Under the pieces are notes generated by a model, which worked only from the letters and a program-made list of their open reading frames with translations, did no database searches and was not told where the DNA came from. A program made the position numbers and the translations under genes. From Candidatus Heimdallarchaeota archaeon (GTDB taxonomy: Archaea; Asgardarchaeota; Heimdallarchaeia; Heimdallarchaeales; Heimdallarchaeaceae), in contig JAEOSZ010000067.1 in the NCBI GenBank assembly GCA_016840095.1, positions 1-25,520 on the forward strand: a DNA stretch of 25,520 bases, given 5' to 3'. This document shows positions 6,723 to 15,587 of the stretch, one piece after another. The first letter of the stretch is position 1. Every line of letters starts with the position of its first letter.

Positions 6723-8213
6723 AAGAAGACAAACTATTCATTTTTCATTATTTCCCTCATTTTGTTACCTTATTTTTCTGGAAATATTCAACCTTCCTCA
6801 TCAACAATAGTTTCTGATAAAGCTAATGATGATAGATGGTCTTCAGTAATTAGATCTATTATCAGTAACCCTTCATTTAACTATGTTGAAGAGCAATTTG
6901 GCAATCAATTTTTATTTTGGACTAATATTCCTGATATAACACAAGTTAGAGCAACTTTACTTGCAGTAGGTGAATGGTGTTATATCTATATGGCAAATGA
7001 AACAATAGATTTACTTGGAGAAAATGCAACCATTTCAAAATGTGAGTCATTGAAAGATGAATTTGATTCCAATATTTATCCTAAAGCAATTGAAGTGGCT
7101 GGAAGTCCTGATGGGAATTTAGGCGATATAGATGGTGACCCCCATGTGACTATATTACTAGCTCCTTATTGCAGACATTTCGGAGATAACTCAGTTCTAG
7201 GTTATTATGACGATAAAGATGATGATCCTTTCAATCCTTATTCAAATTTGAGAGAAATGTTCTATGTTGATTCTGAACATGATCTTTCAGATACCTACAG
7301 AATTGTTACTCATGAATTCAATCATATGATTTGGGGTAATTATGAGTACGATGAAGCACAGTTCTTACTCGAAGGATTAGCCAATTATGCCAACGATTAT
7401 TCTGGATATCTCTGGTGGGTGACTGATGCGGTTACTAACACATTTTTGAACTATCCTTACAAATCTTTACTTTATTTTGTTCGAGAATATGGAACACTGT
7501 GGGATGCTAGTTATGGTCAAGCTTATTTGTTTGTAACATACTTAGCTGATAGATTTGGAAATGATTTTACTAAGGAGTTAGTATCTATCCCAGAAGATGG
7601 AGCTCTTGCTGTTGATGAAGCTCTTTCTCGTTTTGGATATGATCTTACTTTCAATGATGTGTATCTTGATTGGATTATAGCATGCACAATTGATGAAACT
7701 GGTTTTGATGATGGAATTTATGGTTTCAGTACAGTAGATTATACTATTAATGCTCAAACTGCAATTGGATTTACTCTACCTATAACTAAGACTGACATAA
7801 AACATTATTATTATGGTTTTGATGTTAAGAGACTCTATATAGACAATGATAATTTTACATTTGAAATTGACAATCCTTATCCATATGCTCTAGGAATAGC
7901 TATAGCAGTTGAAGATGTTTCTGGTTGGAAGGTGTATAAGGATATAAAAAGAGAAAAAGGAGATAAACTCAGCATGTGTGCTGAAGGTGTTAATATTCAA
8001 AACGCATATGTTATAACTAGTTTGATGTCTGAAACAACACCTTCAGAATTCGGTGTAGTAATGTCTTTAGATGAGATCTATTCAGAAGAACTAAGTTATA
8101 CATTCCTCGAAGGAATCTTAACTCCTACAAGAAGCTCGTTTGGTTATTTACCAATTTTAATCTCTCTATCTGCAATTACTATCTTATTCGTAAACAAGCG
8201 CAGAAAGAGATGA
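6711..8213 (+). CDS. secreted, C-terminally membrane-anchored zinc metallopeptidase (gluzincin, M30/hyicolysin-like), paralog A
   Basis: Signal peptide, GDIDGDP, HEFNH (7311-7325) plus downstream EGLA third ligand, SYGQAYLF, C-terminal TM + KRRKR. The start could be ATG 6720. Confidence 0.85.
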   Translation: MIVMKKTNYSFFIISLILLPYFSGNIQPSSSTIVSDKANDDRWSSVIRSIISNPSFNYVEEQFGNQFLFWTNIPDITQVRATLLAVGEWCYIYMANETIDLLGENATISKCESLKDEFDSNIYPKAIEVAGSPDGNLGDIDGDPHVTILLAPYCRHFGDNSVLGYYDDKDDDPFNPYSNLREMFYVDSEHDLSDTYRIVTHEFNHMIWGNYEYDEAQFLLEGLANYANDYSGYLWWVTDAVTNTFLNYPYKSLLYFVREYGTLWDASYGQAYLFVTYLADRFGNDFTKELVSIPEDGALAVDEALSRFGYDLTFNDVYLDWIIACTIDETGFDDGIYGFSTVDYTINAQTAIGFTLPITKTDIKHYYYGFDVKRLYIDNDNFTFEIDNPYPYALGIAIAVEDVSGWKVYKDIKREKGDKLSMCAEGVNIQNAYVITSLMSETTPSEFGVVMSLDEIYSEELSYTFLEGILTPTRSSFGYLPILISLSAITILFVNKRRKR

Positions 8214-8262
8214 ATTTCATTTTTTAAATAATTTTTATAAATGTTAAATAAATGGTTATCTC

Positions 8263-8826
8263 ATGACAAGAGTTCTTATCTTGAATGGAAGTCCTAGAAA
8301 AAAAGGTAATACTTTCTTTCTAATTCAAGAGCTTTCAAAATTCATATTTGAAGAAGGTCATGAAGCAGAAATTCTTCATCTTAACGATTATGATATCAAA
8401 CCATGTCAGGGTTGTTTTTGGTGTTACAAAGATTATCCTTTGAAGTGCATTCAAAACGATGTAATGAATGGTTTGTATCCTTCAGTTCTGGATTCAGATG
8501 TAATAGTTTTCGCTTCACCGATTTATTGGTTTAATTACTCAGCTCAGTTAAAACTATTCATTGACAGACTGGTAGCATTGCATGTTCCAGGAGGACATTC
8601 TCTTGCAGGACATAAGTTTGCTTGCATCTTCATTTATGGTGATTCTAGTGCAGAAAGTTCCGGTGTATATACTGCCATTGATTCTATCAATCACATGATA
8701 CGATATTTTGGAGGAGAAAATCTTGGAGTTGTTCATGGAACAGGAGGAGATAAGCTGACAATTTCTGGCAAACCTGATGTAATAAAAGAATTGAAAGACT
8801 TAGCAGAAAAAATTATTTCTGTGTAA
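8263..8826 (+). CDS. iron-sulfur flavoprotein / NADPH-dependent FMN reductase family
   Basis: LNGSPRKKGNT, Cx2Cx2Cx7C (CQGCFWCYKDYPLKC), FASPIYW, AQLKLFIDR. TATA TTTTATAAA ends about 22 nt upstream (leaderless-like). Confidence 0.92.
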   Translation: MTRVLILNGSPRKKGNTFFLIQELSKFIFEEGHEAEILHLNDYDIKPCQGCFWCYKDYPLKCIQNDVMNGLYPSVLDSDVIVFASPIYWFNYSAQLKLFIDRLVALHVPGGHSLAGHKFACIFIYGDSSAESSGVYTAIDSINHMIRYFGGENLGVVHGTGGDKLTISGKPDVIKELKDLAEKIISV

Positions 8827-8864
8827 ATCGCAATATATCTTTTCCTCAATTTCATAGCTAAATC

Positions 8865-8902
8865 TTATTAGTGTTTTTAGTCATAGTTTTATGATTGTAA
8901 TG
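8865..8902 (+). promoter_or_regulatory. promoter/start region of peptidase B, duplicated at 6685-6722
   Basis: Same two blocks and identical spacing as 6685-6722. Confidence 0.7.
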
Positions 8903-10399
8903 GCAAGATTTAGAGGGTTTGTTGTAGTAGTATCTATGTTATTTGTTTCGCTTTTTTGTATAAACATTGTAAGTTCCTTACCTGAGGAAGAGCAAATCAC
9001 TTTTTTGGAGGAGAATTTTGTTTCAAACTTTGAGCAACCAAAAGAAGAGATTTCAAATGAGATTCAAGCATACGAAAATTTTGGTGATCAAGAGGATTTT
9101 TGGACTGCAAATCTCGATACTCAGGAATGGTTTGAAGTGAGAGCCACTTTGTTAGCTGTTGGAGCTCATTGTTATATCTATATGGATAATAGAACTATAG
9201 TTTCAATGGGTCAAACCCAAGCAATTGAGAGGTGTGAGATTCTTAGTTCTGAGTTTGATAGTACTGTCTATCCAAAGAATTTCGAACTTATGGGGAGTCC
9301 TGATGGAACTTTAGGTGATATTGACAGCGACCCTCGAATAACTGTTTTCTTAGTTGAAGGAGTGGGAAGTTACTATTTACACCACAATGAGCTTCCAGGT
9401 ACATCCAATTCAAACAACAGAGAAATGGTCTATGTAAATTCAAGAATGGGTCTCTATAATACTATTGGAGTAATGTGTCATGAAGCCAATCATTTGTTCT
9501 TGTTCAATTATGATAATAATGAAGCAACTTTCTGCATTGAGGGTTTGGCTGAATTCTCTATGTATAATGCAGGATACATGTCAAATAGCTCATTTATGCA
9601 AGGAGAGATGACTTTGAACGTAACAATGTCGGCTAGTATGTACTCTAATACTCCTTCAGTTTCACTTTTCTTCTTTGACGCGGATTATTACTCTTATGCT
9701 AGCTATGGAGCTGGATATATATTCATGTTCTATATAGCGGAAAAATATGGGATAGAAATCATAAGAGATTTAATTTCTATAGCTGCTCTAGATGGTCCAG
9801 AAGCAATTGAATATGTCCTTTCTTCTCATGGATACAGCATTAGCTTCAACGAACTCTTTCTTGATTTTATAACAGCTTGCACTCTTGATGAATTAGGATT
9901 TCAAAATGATCTTTATGGTTTTGTTAATGCAGATTTTTCAATTAACACTAAACGTCCAATCTATGAATTGCCTTTTTCAATCTCTAATATAAAACATAGA
10001 TACTATAATATAGAAATACAAGAAATTGTAGAAATTGTAGATAATTTCACCTTAGAGATAGAAACACCTGAAACCCCGCGATCTTTAGGTGTTGTTGTAG
10101 CTATTAATGATGATCATGGGTGGAATATCACTCAACTTATTCTAACTGGTGATGGAACAACAGCTCAGCTTCTTTGCGAAGGTGAAAATATCACTGAAGC
10201 TTACTTAATAACAAGTTTAATACGAGAAGGAACACCAAGTGCGCCAAGATCATGGGGGGAAAGTCCCTACAACTTACTCGATATTACTATAAAAGCTGGT
10301 CACCCTTCAAAGACAACTGATAAAACAAGTATAGCTTTTCTTGCTATCCTACCTTTGATTGTTGCTGTGGTTGTTTTTCGAAGAAGACTCAAAAACTGA
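8891..10399 (+). CDS. secreted, C-terminally membrane-anchored zinc metallopeptidase, paralog B
   Basis: Aligns by eye with paralog A (VRATLLAVG.xCYIYM, GSPDG.LGDID.DP, HEANH at 9479-9493, EGLA, ACT.DE.GF, IKH.YY, AY.ITSL). C-terminal TM + RRRLKN. The start could be ATG 8900. Confidence 0.85.
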   Translation: MIVMARFRGFVVVVSMLFVSLFCINIVSSLPEEEQITFLEENFVSNFEQPKEEISNEIQAYENFGDQEDFWTANLDTQEWFEVRATLLAVGAHCYIYMDNRTIVSMGQTQAIERCEILSSEFDSTVYPKNFELMGSPDGTLGDIDSDPRITVFLVEGVGSYYLHHNELPGTSNSNNREMVYVNSRMGLYNTIGVMCHEANHLFLFNYDNNEATFCIEGLAEFSMYNAGYMSNSSFMQGEMTLNVTMSASMYSNTPSVSLFFFDADYYSYASYGAGYIFMFYIAEKYGIEIIRDLISIAALDGPEAIEYVLSSHGYSISFNELFLDFITACTLDELGFQNDLYGFVNADFSINTKRPIYELPFSISNIKHRYYNIEIQEIVEIVDNFTLEIETPETPRSLGVVVAINDDHGWNITQLILTGDGTTAQLLCEGENITEAYLITSLIREGTPSAPRSWGESPYNLLDITIKAGHPSKTTDKTSIAFLAILPLIVAVVVFRRRLKN

Positions 10400-10442
10400 A
10401 AGAAAAAAAGAAAAGGAAGTTGTATAGTGCTGTGATTCTACT

Positions 10443-10961
10443 CTATACGTGGATTGTGAATGTTCCAACTATTTGAGTTAAACCACCTGGATACGGAGCA
10501 AATGAAGCTTTCATGAAGAGTTTGTAATCTCCAATAGTTCCCTGAGAAGTTGCTTCACCATAAATGATGCCATCTATTCTCACCATTACTGATACTCCAG
10601 AAAATTCCATGGGTAATCCGTAGAAATCACCTTCAATCATACAGACACCAACAAATGAGTTTGTACCGATAGCATGACCTATATTGGAAACTGGATCCTG
10701 ATTCAATCTTGTAATTCCTGCATGAAGAACTCCTTCTATATCTCCAAACACAACGAATGGAAACATAGCATCATCCCAGTGCATAACTCCATCTTCAGAA
10801 AACCAAACAGTAGGAGGGATGAATACTCCTGCGGGAGGATAAATATACTCCAAAGCTGTAAAGTCTATCTTAGTTATTTTTGCTTGAGTTGTTGAACTTC
10901 CTAAAACAATCATTCCCATGATGAGTAAAACCATAAAAGGTAGTAGTTTCTTGCTTTTCAT
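10443..10961 (-). CDS. hypothetical secreted beta-rich protein
   Basis: Signal peptide MKSKKLLPFMVLLIMGMIVLGSSTTQA. SD-like AAGGCGA precedes ATG 10961 (alternative start 10988). The mature part is Gly/aromatic beta-strand-like. Confidence 0.8.
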   Translation of the reverse strand: MKSKKLLPFMVLLIMGMIVLGSSTTQAKITKIDFTALEYIYPPAGVFIPPTVWFSEDGVMHWDDAMFPFVVFGDIEGVLHAGITRLNQDPVSNIGHAIGTNSFVGVCMIEGDFYGLPMEFSGVSVMVRIDGIIYGEATSQGTIGDYKLFMKASFAPYPGGLTQIVGTFTIHV

Positions 10962-11007
10962 TTCTTTCGCCTTTTCAATAAACTTCATGAGTTTATCTAA
11001 TATATGG

Positions 11008-11067
11008 TCACTACATAAATATTTAAGTATTTTGTGTGCGTTTATAAATCACTACATAAATTGTAGT
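11008..11067. repeat. 13-bp direct repeat TCACTACATAAAT plus palindrome ACTACA-N5-TGTAGT (putative operator array)
   Basis: Exact copies at 11008-11020 and 11049-11061 (41-bp period). The second copy is the left arm of an inverted repeat at 11051-11067. TATA-like sequences lie between the copies. Confidence 0.75.
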
Positions 11068-11122
11068 TCTTGGGTTCCTAACTTGTGTTTTATGTAAAAA
11101 ATGTGTAATGCAGTTACTTAGT

Positions 11123-11986
11123 CTAAGATTCATCTTCAAGTATGAAAGAGTAATCTTCTGGCGGTTCTTTCTTCTTGATTCTTCTTATTTTCTTAATGTA
11201 TTTAAGAAATTTAGAATAACGTTCAATTGTAAGATTATCAGTTTGTGTTTCCCAATCAGAAGCTGTCATAATTTCTCTGATTTGTCTTACTAGAATGTTC
11301 AATTCTTCTGCAGGTAGTTCAGAAGCTAATTTTCTAGCCAGTGTAATATCGGCTGAGTCTACACCTGGAATGTCATATTTGTCAGGATTTTCTTCCCATG
11401 CTTCTATTGAAGGTGCTATTTCTTCTGTAGAAAGAAGGTCAATTATTCTGTCAATTGTAAAAGGTACTAGTTCTGAAAATGTTTCATAAGCTTTGGCATA
11501 TTTCTTGGAATATTCAATATTTGCTGTGAAATAATCATCAGTTGGAAAGAGCTGTAGTATGCTTTTAATTAGGAAAATCCCTGTTTTGAATTCGATTTGT
11601 AAATATTGAGCTCGATAATGATCATTTGGAAAAGGTATTAATTTTATGCTTTTCACTTTTTCTTTGATGGAAAGCTTCCACACCTTTACTATTGCTTTAA
11701 GTTGGAAAGCTCCATAAACTTCATCCTTTTTATTATGAAGATGGATAATGGGTAGTTTCCTCCTTCTTCCTCCACTATAAATCTTTCTAAAATTTGGAGA
11801 TTCTATCTTGCTTCCATCCATTCTTAGATTTGGCGATACGAATCTTATTTCATTGTTACCGTCAATTATATCCCAGTCTACTCCCTCAATTATATTGATC
11901 ATCTGAATCGAAACATCACTACTATCCTCTATACATAGAATGTTCTCGAGGATGAATCGTAGATAATCTTCCGATTCTTTATTCAT
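11123..11986 (-). CDS. hypothetical protein
   Basis: Long ORF with typical composition. ATG 11986 is preferred over GTG 11995 because TTTAAA lies about 24-29 nt upstream. No family recognised. Confidence 0.8.
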   Translation of the reverse strand: MNKESEDYLRFILENILCIEDSSDVSIQMINIIEGVDWDIIDGNNEIRFVSPNLRMDGSKIESPNFRKIYSGGRRRKLPIIHLHNKKDEVYGAFQLKAIVKVWKLSIKEKVKSIKLIPFPNDHYRAQYLQIEFKTGIFLIKSILQLFPTDDYFTANIEYSKKYAKAYETFSELVPFTIDRIIDLLSTEEIAPSIEAWEENPDKYDIPGVDSADITLARKLASELPAEELNILVRQIREIMTASDWETQTDNLTIERYSKFLKYIKKIRRIKKKEPPEDYSFILEDES

Positions 11987-12030
11987 AAAATACACTTGTA
12001 GTCTCTTTTTTTAAATCTAACTGCTAAAAA

Positions 12031-13392
12031 TTAAGATTCTTGCTCTAAATCCTCAAATAAAGACATATGCCCTAACATCCAAGTTAAGTATTTTCGAGAG
12101 TCATATTCTTTTGGCATTTTCTTATAATGTTTGTAAATTCTGTTAGTTGCTTTTACAATCTTTCTCATTTTAAGCATGACTTTAATTCGATTTAATCCCC
12201 TAAGTGCGGATATAGTCATCTTCCATAAGCCTATTTTTGAATATTTAGCATGAATTACATTTTCAAAATCCTTTTTTGTTAAAATTTCTTTTTCGATTAA
12301 AAACGAGTATTCATCTTCATTAAATTCAAGCACCTGTCTTCTTAACATGTCAAGAGCTGCATGATCTCTCCCTCTCTTTTCCATGAATCTTACTTGGTAT
12401 TTCCACAAACTATCAATAGATACTTCTTTTCTTCTTAGTGCATCAGCTACAACTTCTGCTGCTATTTTTGCTCCAATCATTGCTGGACCAATACCACATC
12501 CATTAGTTGGTACAACTTGACAGGCTGCTTCACCTACTGCTAGAAACCCATACCAAACCATCGTTGTAGGTCTTCGCATCAAAATATCTCCTCCTCCACC
12601 TCGTACTTTTTCATTATCAACGTTTTTCTTAGAATTGACAAAATCATTTACTATGGCTTTTGGTGATCTTTCAGAAAATCCTTTCCCGACACCTGCACCT
12701 ATGTCTAGATTTTTATCATCTTCAAAATTCAACCAACTATATCCCTTTTCATACCCATACCTATAGTAAAGAAGATTTTTCTCTATTGGTATATTTTCCC
12801 AGCTAATCTCGTCTTTTGATACTTTGTGTAATTCTCTATAAGCTCTAACTTTCTCTTTCTTTTTGAGCTCAATATTTAAGTCTAGAATTTCAATATTTCT
12901 TGCAAGAATTCTTTCACTACCAGAACAGTCTATAACTATTCTTGCATTCTCTATTTTTTCTTCTTTTGTTTTAACACCCACTACCCATTGCCCTCTACCC
13001 ATTGGTTCAACTATTTCAACTCCAAAATTAACTTCAGCTCCTGCTTTTTCAGCCATGGAGATTAATCTTTCCTGGAATAGTAACCTATCAACTATTATGT
13101 AATTGTAATAGTCTAAATGAATTTGTTTCTTAAAATCAGGAGAAAGAATTACTAGATGATCTCTATCTTCTCTCTTTTCTTTACTTTTTGGTAAAGGAAT
13201 TTTAGCAAATTCGAATGCATCTTTCTCAATTGAATCACACCAATCATGTCCAAGGTCTTCTCTTTTATTTTTTTCAAATACTTTAACTTTGAATCTAGCA
13301 TTTGCTAAATGAAAAGCTAATACAGTTCCAGCTATTCCTGCACCTACGATAATTACATCTGTGGGTTTTTCTTTTTGCTTCGTTTTGGACAT
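12031..13392 (-). CDS. FAD-dependent oxidoreductase, geranylgeranyl reductase (DGGR-like) family, atypical motifs
   Basis: DVIIVGAGIAG, VDRLLF, IVIDCSG, GYSW, IGAG, VGEAACQVVPTNGCGIG. Confidence 0.85.
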   Translation of the reverse strand: MSKTKQKEKPTDVIIVGAGIAGTVLAFHLANARFKVKVFEKNKREDLGHDWCDSIEKDAFEFAKIPLPKSKEKREDRDHLVILSPDFKKQIHLDYYNYIIVDRLLFQERLISMAEKAGAEVNFGVEIVEPMGRGQWVVGVKTKEEKIENARIVIDCSGSERILARNIEILDLNIELKKKEKVRAYRELHKVSKDEISWENIPIEKNLLYYRYGYEKGYSWLNFEDDKNLDIGAGVGKGFSERSPKAIVNDFVNSKKNVDNEKVRGGGGDILMRRPTTMVWYGFLAVGEAACQVVPTNGCGIGPAMIGAKIAAEVVADALRRKEVSIDSLWKYQVRFMEKRGRDHAALDMLRRQVLEFNEDEYSFLIEKEILTKKDFENVIHAKYSKIGLWKMTISALRGLNRIKVMLKMRKIVKATNRIYKHYKKMPKEYDSRKYLTWMLGHMSLFEDLEQES

Positions 13393-13454
13393 TAGGATTA
13401 TGTAAGCAACACTATTCTTTAGTTTTGTCCAATAAAATAGAAAAGAAGCAAGTT

Positions 13455-14057
13455 TTACAGTACGAATTCTAGAAGGTAAGTTAAACCTGCTACAAGTAGT
13501 GCTGCTGGTAAAATCTTGAGTGCATAAATAAACTTGTTTTCTTTAGATACTGCTCCTAAAAACAAACCTAAGATTATTACTTCAATTATTATGATTCCAA
13601 AAGATATACCATATGCTACCAGTATAGGTAATCCTGCAAAGTAGAAGAATATTGGAAAGAATGCCATTAGTGAGAATAAGAATGGAGAAATTCCATCTAC
13701 AGCTGCTATCACTAAAGAAGTCCAGAAATTAGCTTTTGTAATTCTAGTATTGTTTAAGTCTGTAACCATTTTCTCTTCAAGTTCTTTTCTTTCCTTTGTT
13801 CTTTCTGCCCTTTCAGTAAGATAAGCTATCCAAAAACCTGAAACACCCATTGCTATACTAGCTCCAATTCCAGATGAGATGAGTATTTTTACATTTTCTT
13901 CAGACGCAGTTCCTGAAACAGCAACAATAAATGATCCGAGAATGATTCCTAATGCTGTAAGTGCACCATCAAATCCATTCATTACAAAATATCTACGTAA
14001 AATATTTTCTCCCTCTGTCATTGACAAAAAATCTTTGATTTCGCGAATGCTTTTCAC
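13455..14057 (-). CDS. VIT1/CCC1 family Fe2+/Mn2+ transporter (archaeal TIGR00267-like)
   Basis: RRYFVMNGFDGALTALGII, IAMGVSG..AYLTERAE, and several TM helices. Confidence 0.88.
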   Translation of the reverse strand: MKSIREIKDFLSMTEGENILRRYFVMNGFDGALTALGIILGSFIVAVSGTASEENVKILISSGIGASIAMGVSGFWIAYLTERAERTKERKELEEKMVTDLNNTRITKANFWTSLVIAAVDGISPFLFSLMAFFPIFFYFAGLPILVAYGISFGIIIIEVIILGLFLGAVSKENKFIYALKILPAALLVAGLTYLLEFVL

Positions 14058-14247
14058 TTTGCTTTTTCCCTAAATTATTTCGATGATATTCCTTTATAAA
14101 CAATACTATAAAACTTGTGTTTTGACTCTAAGTAGATTTTTTAAGAATTTTTTCCGACAAAAACATCCATCACTTTCAATACTTTTAAACCACAGTCCAA
14201 AAATATTTTAATAACGTCCAAACTTAAGTCAATGGAGGAGCTCTTTA

Positions 14248-15570
14248 ATGCAAGTTTTTTTCGATCGTACTCTAGAGAAGGAATTTGAAAAAGTTTATAC
14301 TAAGTTCAAGTCTATAGAACTCTCTACAGATGAAGCTTATCAAGAAGATTTAGGATATCTTGCTAAACACATTACTATTTTTGATCCATGTCCATCAACG
14401 TGTGAGAAAGAGGATTTCAACTCTGCAGCCATCGATGGTTCAGGCGCTGAAAGCATAGTTTCTCTTAATGATATCTCAATTCATCTATTAACTGCGTCTT
14501 TCGCAGCAGATGAAACTGTTTTTTCTATGGGAACTACTAGTAGAATAGATGTTTCTCCTCCTATTTGTACAAATCCTGAAGGAATTACACGTTTAATTTT
14601 GCTACGAGAAGATAAAAAAGATGAAGTGTGGGAAGATTTTGAGGATTTCATCAGTTATAATTACGGTGAAAAGCTCAGTGATATTGTTTACAGAGTGATT
14701 AAAGATATTGTAGTTACTGCTTATAAAATTAGTAAACCTAATGAACCTCTTCCAAGGCTTGACAATGAAGCGGATATTAGAAAAACAGCTATTACAATAG
14801 GTTTGAATCTTTACAAAGACAATTTTGACAACTATTCAACTTGGATGGTTTCTCCTAGAGCTAATGCTCCTCGAGGTTGGTTTGAACAGTACAGAGAAGT
14901 ATTAGAGTATGCTATGTCTCATTCACTACTACAGTCAGATGTTCATTTCAAGTACCTTTTCATCGATGGTTCTATGAACATGTTATTATCTCCTGGTCAA
15001 AATCAACCCCGTTTAGCTTCAAATTATCTTTTAAGGGATATTAACCTTAAAGCTCAAGAGAAAAAAACTTGTGTTGTAGCTGTTAGTAAAACAACAACTT
15101 TTCCTTTTATTTACAGGATAGCTCAGGATATTGAATCAAAGCTAGGAGAGGAAAAGAAGTGGTTTCTCAGGGTTCCTACTAAGAGCAGAGATGGTCACAT
15201 ACTTAACATTCTCAAGGATAGACCTCACATCCCTCCAGCTTATGGAGTAACATATTTATTCCATTTCTCATCTGAGGTTCCGATATTGAGAATCGATTTT
15301 GATGAAAAATGGTGGTATGAGAATGTTTATTCAACAGACAAGAAAAAAGAAAAAGATACTGAAATTGCTCTGTTTCAGGATATAGATTGGTTAGCCAGAG
15401 ATGTTCGCTATTATGGTTATTTCTTTGATTTAGCATTTGCGCACTATTCAACAATCGTTCGTTTTCCTGATAGAGATGAAGTTGCAAATAGATTAATAGA
15501 TTTCTTTGCATCCAAGGGAGAAAACCCAAAAATGTTTATACATCCAAGAAGAAGATTAGGATTAATGTAA
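14248..15570 (+). CDS. nurA: DNA double-strand-break repair nuclease NurA
   Basis: AAIDGSG, FIDGSM, VVAVSKT, LRIDF, C-terminal YGY..DLAFAH. GGAGGAG SD. Adjacent to herA/mre11/rad50. Confidence 0.9.
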   Translation: MQVFFDRTLEKEFEKVYTKFKSIELSTDEAYQEDLGYLAKHITIFDPCPSTCEKEDFNSAAIDGSGAESIVSLNDISIHLLTASFAADETVFSMGTTSRIDVSPPICTNPEGITRLILLREDKKDEVWEDFEDFISYNYGEKLSDIVYRVIKDIVVTAYKISKPNEPLPRLDNEADIRKTAITIGLNLYKDNFDNYSTWMVSPRANAPRGWFEQYREVLEYAMSHSLLQSDVHFKYLFIDGSMNMLLSPGQNQPRLASNYLLRDINLKAQEKKTCVVAVSKTTTFPFIYRIAQDIESKLGEEKKWFLRVPTKSRDGHILNILKDRPHIPPAYGVTYLFHFSSEVPILRIDFDEKWWYENVYSTDKKKEKDTEIALFQDIDWLARDVRYYGYFFDLAFAHYSTIVRFPDRDEVANRLIDFFASKGENPKMFIHPRRRLGLM

Positions 15571-15587
15571 GAAAAAAGGTGATATGA

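Noticed and set aside
11008-11061. Direct repeats as a mini-CRISPR array or att site
   Set aside because: Only two 13-bp copies with a 28-bp gap, no cas or integrase genes; better explained as operator sites.
11080-11091. 12-mer AACTTGTGTTTT also at 14112-14123
   Set aside because: Short and AT-rich; a match of this length is unremarkable in a 25-kb low-GC window.
13385-13432. Inverted repeat TTGGACA / TGTCCAA around the GGR start
   Set aside because: Only 7-bp arms separated by 34 nt, with one arm in coding sequence; not distinguishable from chance.
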